A DNA stretch of 57,062 nucleotides from Prorocentrum cordatum (Eukaryota): the NCBI GenBank assembly GCA_963575745.1, contig CAUYUJ010000049.1, positions 62,001 through 119,062 of the forward strand. The letters run 5' to 3'. Numbering within the stretch: position 1 is the stretch's first letter; every line of letters begins with the position of its first letter. Below, in pieces: positions 49,308 to 57,062 of the stretch. The notes below the pieces were generated by a model that ran no database searches, was not told where the DNA came from, and saw only the letters and a list, made by a program, of their open reading frames with translations. The translations under genes and the position numbers were made by a program.

Positions 49308-49460
49308 CAATGGCGACCCAGGCGTCGCGCGATGCCCTCGCGCGTTCGCCTCCGCCGCTGCGCGTCACAACACGGCGGCGCCGCCGCGCGCGTCGCCCGT
49401 TTCGCAAGGGGCGCGCGTGCCGCGCGCGTCGCCGCCGCGCGGTGCACCAGCACGCATCGG

Positions 49461-50196
49461 CTGGGGGTGCTTGCATCCCTGGCGCCCCCGCGCGTCGGCT
49501 CAGACTGGCACCGCCAGGCTGGGCGGCGCGGGGGGCGCCGCACCCCTTGTCAAGTGGGTGCGGGCACCCTCGGGTGCGGGAGCCTTCTGGCGCAGCTGAA
49601 ATTTGTGGTGGGCGCCCAGCGCCATCGAAAGCGCGCGCGCTCGCTTGTGCTGCGTCGTGCGCGGGCGCAAATTTCGCGCCCGCGCGCAGGCGGGCGAGCA
49701 GGGCGCGCGGGCCGCCTCCCGCTTTCCTGCACCTCGCGGCGCGCGGCCCCACGAGAAGGGCCCGCGCGCGCGAGGGGGGCGACGGCATGTGCCTCGCGGC
49801 GCGCGGCCCCACGCGACGGGCCCGCGCGCGCGAGGGGGAAGCGACGTCATGCGCGTTGTTCGCTTGCTCTTCTGCTCGCTTCGCGTCGAACGCCCCGCGC
49901 AGGCGCGCCGCGGGGGTCGCGTCGGGGCGGATCGCGGCGCGCCTCGAGGTCGTGCGGTGTGCAGGCATTGGTGCTTGCATCTTGCAGGCATGTGCGCTTG
50001 CGTCCCGCCGTGGCGGGCGGCGCGCGCGCTTTCGCCCCGCCCCCCCGCTCCTGGGGGTACTTGCATCCCTGGCGCCCCCGCGCGGCTCAGACTGGCACCG
50101 CCGGGATGGGCGGCGCGGGGGGGGCCGCGCCCCTTGCCAAGTGGGTGCGGGCACCCTCGGGTGCGGGAGGCTTCTGGCGCAGCTGCAATTTGTGGT
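49461..50196. repeat. ~147-bp direct repeats (49461-49609 and 50051-50196)
   Basis: ctgggggtRcttgcatccctggcgcccccgcgc...gcaccctcgggtgcggga...aatttgtggt in both copies. Confidence 0.93.
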
Positions 50197-50214
50197 TGGG
50201 TGGTGTGTGTGTGC

Positions 50215-50285
<71 letters not shown>

Positions 50286-50318
50286 AGTGTGCGTGTGCGT
50301 GTGCGTGTGCGTGTGCGT

Positions 50319-50363
<45 letters not shown>

Positions 50364-50718
50364 TGTCTGTGGGTGGGTTGGTGGGTTGGTGGGTTGGTGG
50401 TGGGTTGGGTGGTGGTGGTGGGTGGTGGGTGGGGTGTGGTGGTGGTGGTTGGGGTGGTTGGTGTGTGTGTGTGTGTGCGCGCGTGTGTGCGTGTGCGCGT
50501 GCGTGTGTGTGTGTGTTGTGTGTGTGTTATGTGTGTGTGTGTGGGTGGGGCGGGGTGTGGTGGGTGGGTGGTGGGGGGTGAGGTGGGGGGGGGGGGGAGG
50601 GGGGGAGGCGGGGTGGGAGTGGCGGGTGGTGGGGGGGGGGGGGGGGTGGGGGGGGGGGGGGGGGGGGGGGGGGGGCGGGGGGGGGGGGAGGGGGGGGGGG
50701 GGGTGGGGGGGGGGGGGT

Positions 50719-50763
<45 letters not shown>

Positions 50764-50765
50764 CG
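50197..50765. repeat. (GT)n grading into (GGT)n and a long poly-G tract
   Basis: Direct reading. Confidence 0.95.
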
Positions 50766-52100
50766 GGCAGGATGTCGATGGGGCTCGACGCGGGCGCATC
50801 TTTTTCTTGACTCCCTTCAACGAGGGGGGACAGGCAGGGTGCGAGGGATGAAGCAGGAGGGGGAGATGGGTGAGTGCGTGTCCACCAAGTGAAAGGGTGC
50901 TAGAGTGAACGAGCGATGTGGTCTGTGATGTTATACTCTGGCATGTGCGTAATGCTATGCTCTGTGAGGTTTGTCGTGGTCTGTTATGTCATGCTCTGCT
51001 CTGTCATGCCGCGTTCGGTAATGATCTCCTCTGTTCAGGTTTGTCGTGCGCGTAACTGGTGGGCCACTCGGGGGCCATCGGTTGGCCCGGGGATCTGGCG
51101 GCCGCGGCGAGCAAGGAAAATCTAACGACCGCGGCTCGCTGCGCGGGGGGGGGAGTCTCGCCTGCCTGTGCGCGACCAAGACAGGCGCGATCTCGCGCGG
51201 CGCTGAACAATCGCCGACCGCGCGGTCAGCCGGGCACTACAGCGAACCTGCGGCTGAGCCAGTGGCCCCATCAGTCCCGCGAGCCCTTTATGGCGCAGGT
51301 GCTTTAGGGATTTTCCTCTTCCACCCCTTTTGTTCCGAGGGACCCCGCCTCCCGCCGACCCCCTTCCCAGCGCCCGAGGTGGCCCGAGATGGCCAGAAGA
51401 GGGCCTCCGAGTGCCCGAGATTGCATGCGGGATGTCTCAAGGTAACTGGAGATGTCTCAAGATGGCTCCGACCATGCTCCAGGAGGCCCCAAGGCCGCCG
51501 CCAGACGGCCCCAGGTTGCCGCGGGGCTTCCCGGGGAGGCCCTCCATGAAACCAAACCTTTTCAAACAAGTAAAAGTGAATCAAGGAATTGCGCCTTCTC
51601 GCCATTTCTTTTGCGTTCGTTCGACGGGCTTCCCTGGCCTCGGCGCGGCCCCGAGAGGGCCCGCGAGGGCGCCGACGGCGGCCCGCTAGAGCTCCGAGGC
51701 GGCCCCGCGAGTGCTCGAGAACGTTCCAAGAACGCCCCACGGGGGGCCCCATTGGGGGCCCCACGGCAGGGCCCCATCGGGTCGGGCGCGCGGAGGGCGC
51801 CCATGGGGCCTCCGAGAAAAGCCCGAGCCCCCCCCCCCCCCTTCTCCCCCGAGGCCACAAGATGCGCCCAAGTTGCTGCGAGAAGCATGCGAGACCGCCA
51901 AGAGCCCCCCCAAGACGGCCCAGGAGGCCCCCAACAAGCTTCCGAGAGACATCCGATGGGGACTCTGCAAGGCATTCGGCATTCAAGAGGAGGCCTCTGA
52001 CTCTCCTGATCGCCCTTATCCTCCTCCCCCATCCTCATCGCCACCATCGCCGTCGTCGTCATCGTCATCAACTGCATCACCGGCGTCCGCCCATTCCTCT

Positions 52101-52131
<31 letters not shown>

Positions 52132-52329
52132 TCATCCCCCCCTCCTCCCCCCCCCCTCATCGCCCTCCTCCTCGGCCCCCGATCCCTCCTCCATCCCCCC
52201 CCTCTTGGGGTGCATCGCCCCCCCCCGCCCCCGGTTCCTCCGCGCGCTGCCCCGCTTCCCTGATCGGGCCAACTCATCCGGGCATCGTTTCTGGATGGGC
52301 TGGCGGGGGCGCGCGACGCGCCGAGAATT

Positions 52330-55300
52330 TTGCCCTTCTTGGCGGCCGCGTTGGCGGTCGCCCTCGCCGCCTCGGCCCCGCGCCCCTCGTCGTTGTTCTC
52401 CGCCAGCTTCACCGCCTCGCCGTCTGGCGCGCAGAGCAGCCGGGTGCACATCTTGATCGCCTTCGGGCTGTATATCCCAGGGGTGCCCGCCGACGGCGCG
52501 TCGGCGTTAGCCACCTGCGTGGCGCGCGCGGCGGCGCCCCCCCCCCGCCCACCCACCCCCGCGCGCGCGCCGCAACCGCCCCGCGGCAACTTCAGGCCGA
52601 CGCTGGCCATCGTCTCCACTGCTGCACTGCGAAGAAAAACGAAAACGGGCGCACGGCGAATAGCTGGATGCGGCCATCGACCGCGACATGCTTCTTGCCC
52701 TTGAGCTCGCACCCGCCCATGGCGAGCTGCTGCCCGCTGTAGGTGAAGCTCCGCTGGCGAACCTCCGCGGCGTCCGCCGCCCACTGGGTCTCGAGCTCCT
52801 TGAAGTCATTGCAAGCCCACGCCTCCGCGTCGCCGAGCCCTTCAATCCTGCTTGCGCTGAACAAGCGCGAAATCAGCATCGTTGTAAGTCGGCAGTTGGC
52901 GCATTGCGGCCCTAGTGGTAAAGCCAACCTGGAACTTCACATTGGTGGCTGCGTCGCCATCGTCATGCTCGGTGAGCAGGTTGCCCCACTTCTTGTGGAT
53001 GATGAATTCCGCGCCGTTCGGCGAGTTCCCGAGCCGAAGAAAATTATTCGGCGGCTTCTGCGCGTCGGTCGGCGGGGCGCCACTCCGCGGCTTCGCTCGC
53101 GGCCGGCTGTGTAGAGTGGCTCTTCGAGGCTGCGCGCAGCGAAGGGGCGCCGCCCTGGTCCCGGCGGGGCGCGCGCCCGCCAATGCCGCGCAAGGCCAAG
53201 CGGGCGGGGTCGGGGGCAATCTTCGCGCCTTAGCGGGCCGCCCTGGGCCTCGGCTGGGGCCGAGCTCCAAGATGGTCTGAAGACGGCTCCAAGAGGAAGC
53301 CCCCTGCAATGCAATTCCAAGAAGGCCACGAGAGGGGGCGGACATTGCCGCGGGAAGGGCCTAAGACAGCATACCGCCCTTAATGTAACTTTTTATGGGC
53401 CCTCTTGGGGCCATCATGGGCACTCCCAAAGGTGCGCGGAAAGGGGCCCCGAAGGAGGCGCCAGCAGGAAGCGCGCCCAACCCCGCCGGGCGGAATTGTG
53501 CGAGGGGGCGCAAGAGGGCCCCCAAGATGGCCCCAAGAGCCCTTGGGCGGCTCCAAGAAGGCGCCCAGACGGATCCAAGAGGCGTCCGAGAGGGCCTCGG
53601 GAGGGCCCCGAGAGACCCCGAAACTTGCCCGCGAGGAGAGCTCCAAGAGACCCCAAACCCTCAGGATAACACCAAGAGGCCGCGGCGTCTCGCTTGCGGA
53701 TGCGGTGGGCCCTCTGGGAGAAACCGGCAGAGAAAAGTTACACTTTCCCCCTGGAAGCACGTTCGCCCGACTTCTGGCACCGCACTTCTGAAACTGCACC
53801 GGAAGTGGGGCGGGCGCGTTTTCGCAAAGGAGATGTTTTTTCTCGGCCGACGCCTTCCCCCTCCTCCGCCGCCCCCCCCCCCCCCCGCCCCCCCACCGCC
53901 ACCCGCCGCGGCGCGCTTCGCCCCGCCCCCCCCTCCTCCTCGAGACGGTGCGGGGGGGGGGGGGGGGGCGCGGGAGATCTTGCGCTGCGTGGGCTCACTT
54001 GGAGACGTCTTGGGGCCCTCTTGGGCCCCTCTGATGGCCCTGGCAAAGGCCCGAGAGCGCCCCCAGACGCCCCCAGGAAGCCCCCGAAAGGGCCCCAAGA
54101 AGGCCTTGCGAAATCATTAGCAAACATCGCGCCCAACACCGTCAGACGGAGCCGGGCGGGGGGGCCCAAGAGCCCCCCCAAGACGGCCCGAAGGATCCTC
54201 TTCAAACCCCCTAGGGCCTCGGGAAGGGGCCCAAAAGGGCCCCGAGGAAGAGGGCCCCAAACCATCTCTATACCAAGATGTGTTGCGGGTGCCCTAGGTG
54301 CCGTCTGGAAGCACATTTGGAGCCACCCCGCATGTCGACAATTGTACCCGAGAGGACCTCAAAGCCCCAAGATTGCCCCAAGAGGTCCCCAATATCCTAG
54401 ATGGCCCATAGGGTTCCAAGATGGCCTGGAAGAGGCCCGGCAACACAGAGGGTGCATTTCGGGCGCGCGACTCTCCCTATCGCGATCCTCCAGTCCCCCG
54501 TCGGCGTCGGTGACGTTCTTGGTCTTGTCGATCTCGATGGCGACCTCCTCCTCCTGGTTCGCTCCGTTGATGAGCTTCGTAACCTGCATTGCTAGCAGTA
54601 TCCCGTCAGTGTCCTTGCTGCCCTTCTTCTCGGTGCCCGCGATCAGGGGCCTCTCCCCGACGTTCACGCCCTTCCGCGCCTCGTCCTCGTCGTCGAACTT
54701 GATCGTGCACCTCTTCGTCGCTGCGACCCTCTGGCCCGGTTTGAAACCACCATGGGCGATATGGTCCGCGCCCATGTCGATCGACTCGCGCGTGTCCCCG
54801 TGGGCGGCCACCGCTAGGATTCCCACGTCGCCCGCCGCTTCGCTCTCGACGGCGTTGCAATGGGCGAGGAGGCCATTCATGTCGGGGCGGTCCTTCGCGA
54901 TTGACGCCGGCCAATTCCTCTGCAGCTCCCTCGACTTATCCCGGGTCGCCTTGCCAGCGACGCCAGTCGCGAAACCCCGCTGCTCATGATCAGGGCACGG
55001 CGCCTTTGCATGTCCCAATCGAACTGCGGCGCGCTGGAACGGGCGCAGCATGTCGATCTCGAGAGGCGTCAACTCGTGGCAGCGGAACTCCTTCAAGTGA
55101 CACCTGTTCGCCTTCAGAAGCGATCCAATAATGGGCGACGTCTCGTCGCCTGCAGCCCCCATGGCCTCGAAGTCGTCGATTTTGATGAGCTTGCGCGCGC
55201 TGGCCTTCCCAAGATCTCCAGCGACGGCGTCAGAAGGGTCGAATGCCACCTGCGAAGTGCTGAGCAGAACGAGGACGTCGCCCTCCAAGTGCTTCGCTGC

Positions 55301-56800
55301 TGCCTCGGAGAACGCTGGCGGCACTGCGATCTCCATCGACCTCGCCGCGGGCGCCGAGGTCGCGCGAAACTCGGGCCCGCGCCCGAGCGGGCAACCGACG
55401 ACCTGAACCATTCAACATTAAAAACACATAAAACGAAAGTTATCGCACCGCGCGGGGGCCCCGCTAACCCTGTCGAGCGCAGGTGGTCGAGGGCGTTTCT
55501 TATGATGCCCCCCCCCGCCTGTTCGGGGAGGGCTGCCGCGCTCCCACGATGGTGGCGCGTGGCCCGCAGAGGGCCCTTGATAGCCCAAGATGGCCTTAAT
55601 ATGGCCACGGATGCCCCAAGACGGTTCGAAATAGCATCGGGAATGCACCCGGGGGGGCCCGTTCCGGGCGCGGGCGCCCTTCGTGCCCTTCGAGGGCCTC
55701 TCCGCGACACCAAAGCCTTTCAACTGGGGAAAAAAACTCTGCGCGTGGGTTGGTTGCGCCGCATTTTTGCTTCCGATGGGTCTTTGAAGCCCCGGGCAGG
55801 GCCCAATCAGGCGCCGCGACGACTCAAGAAAGCTCGCGAGCGCCCAACAAATTGCCCGAGAAGGCCCCAAGACCCATGCCGTGACCTCCGAGGGGGTTGG
55901 CGGGTGGGCGGTGGCGTGGGGGGTGGGGTGCCGGGGGCCGAGAAGGCGCCGCCCCCTCTCTTTTTTGCTGTTGCTGTTTTTGTGGTTTCAGCCGCGGCCT
56001 CCAACGCGGCCCCGAGGGGCGCCCCATGCCCCCGCTAGAAGACCCCCAATCTTACAGCCATACCACCGAAACCAAACGCAAGAGGGCCCAAAGAGTGCCC
56101 CCAGAGGACCCCCAGAGAGCTCCGAGATGCCCGCCCCCCCCCCCCCCCCCCCCCCCCCCCGCCGGCAAACGACAGCCCAACTCGCCCGGGCATCTTTTCT
56201 GGATGGGCTGGCGGGCGCGTGCGAAGCGCCAGGAGCTTATCCAAAACCGACGCCGAAGTTCACCCCGATCAGTTGCCAAGCTTCAAACGACTTCACGCGA
56301 CCGCTGCCTATGACCACAGGCTAAAGGACCCAGTCGTAGGGGCCGTTGTCCTGCACGTCATGGAGGTCGGCGTCCGGCGTGGACCTCCAAAACGCCTGCC
56401 CTGTCGCATCGCAGCGGGGGTCGCGCGCGCGCCCAATCGAAGCTTCAGCGTGAGGTGGCTGCCTGCGAGCGTGCCCATGGTCATGAGGTCCCTTGAAACT
56501 GGTCGCCAAAGGGCGGGCCGCGTCGCTGCCATCCTCGAGTTGTGGTCGCGAAGCCGCTGTCTGCTGTCCACGTTATTGTGCAACTTGGGAACTCCGAGTG
56601 GGGCCCGATCCTTGCTGTGGCCATGTTGGAGCACGTTCGCGTGCAAGTTCTTGTGGGCGCACAGGATGTTAGCAGCCATCCCCTGTCTGTTGTCAGGGTC
56701 AACTCCTGTTTCGGTAGCCAGCCTCGACGCGGATCGGCTTGTCGTGCGCCTTGCTGGTCTTTTAAACTCCTTGCTGATTTTCAGCATTGCCCTTGGGCGG
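52330..56800 (-). pseudogene. Fragmented unknown gene (coding islands ~56320-56790, ~54470-55340, ~52640-53060, ~52330-52490) separated by ccaaga-type repeats
   Basis: Same-strand GC3-biased islands: GVDPDNRQG..GTLAGSHLT..DWVL; ORF 54359-55411; NFLR..KKWGNLL..AEAWACNDF; YSPKAIKMCTRLL. Confidence 0.45.
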
Positions 56801-57062
56801 CGGCAGGGCGGTCCAGGCTCGGCCTCTGCGCCGACCGAGCGGCGATGGGGTCTCCCGATGCGAAGGCGGCGGCGCACCTCGATGCGCAAGTTGCTCGAGC
56901 CAGAAGCGGTTGCAGGTCAGGACTACCTCGGGGCGCCCCAGGGCAGTCACCAGGTCACCGCCCTGCCCTGGGCCACATTCTTTACGGCGCCGCCCCCGCT
57001 GTCCGCCCTGGGCCACTGCCTCGAGGCTGGAGGCCCTGGGGCCGGAGGGAGAGGGGGGGGGG

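Larger units (their letters stand above)
44840..50196 (+). mobile_element. Degenerate DIRS-order retroelement (gag tail, RT, RNase H, YR, split direct repeats)
   Basis: Domain order RT-RH-YR with paired 3' direct repeats; 5' end lost. Confidence 0.88.

Noticed and set aside
50580..50765. Functional G-quadruplex element
   Set aside because: Long poly-G cannot be distinguished from a sequencing or polishing artefact here.

Overview
GC-rich, repeat-saturated eukaryotic DNA. The element families and intron signals suggest a dinoflagellate (inference, not proven). No intact host gene, RNA gene or CRISPR array is supportable. From left to right: (1) a degenerate minus-strand Ty1/copia-type retrotransposon (long zinc-finger Gag, protease, integrase) with a 2928-bp-period tandem duplication; (2) a 2.3-kb GT/GC alternating tract and a ~1.7-kb dispersed repeat; (3) the main finding, a 19.5-kb DNA transposon at 14168-33668, bounded by an 8-bp target-site duplication (ACTCTTGG) and imperfect 32-bp terminal inverted repeats, with its empty site visible in a paralogous repeat copy at 12441. 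It encodes a divergent hAT-like DDE transposase fused to an HMG-box-like segment and a PARP-type zinc finger, plus small ORFs, repeat arrays and a large unknown cargo gene; both large genes carry a potentially spliceable insertion; (4) a truncated tyrosine-recombinase retroelement with a C5-cytosine-methyltransferase-like domain; (5) a second copia (IN-RT-RNaseH) joined head-to-head to (6) a second DIRS-order element (RT-RNaseH-YR) with split direct repeats; (7) fragments of an unknown minus-strand gene. Inactivating substitutions in the decayed elements look strongly biased to T>C/A>G, the opposite of normal methyl-C decay.
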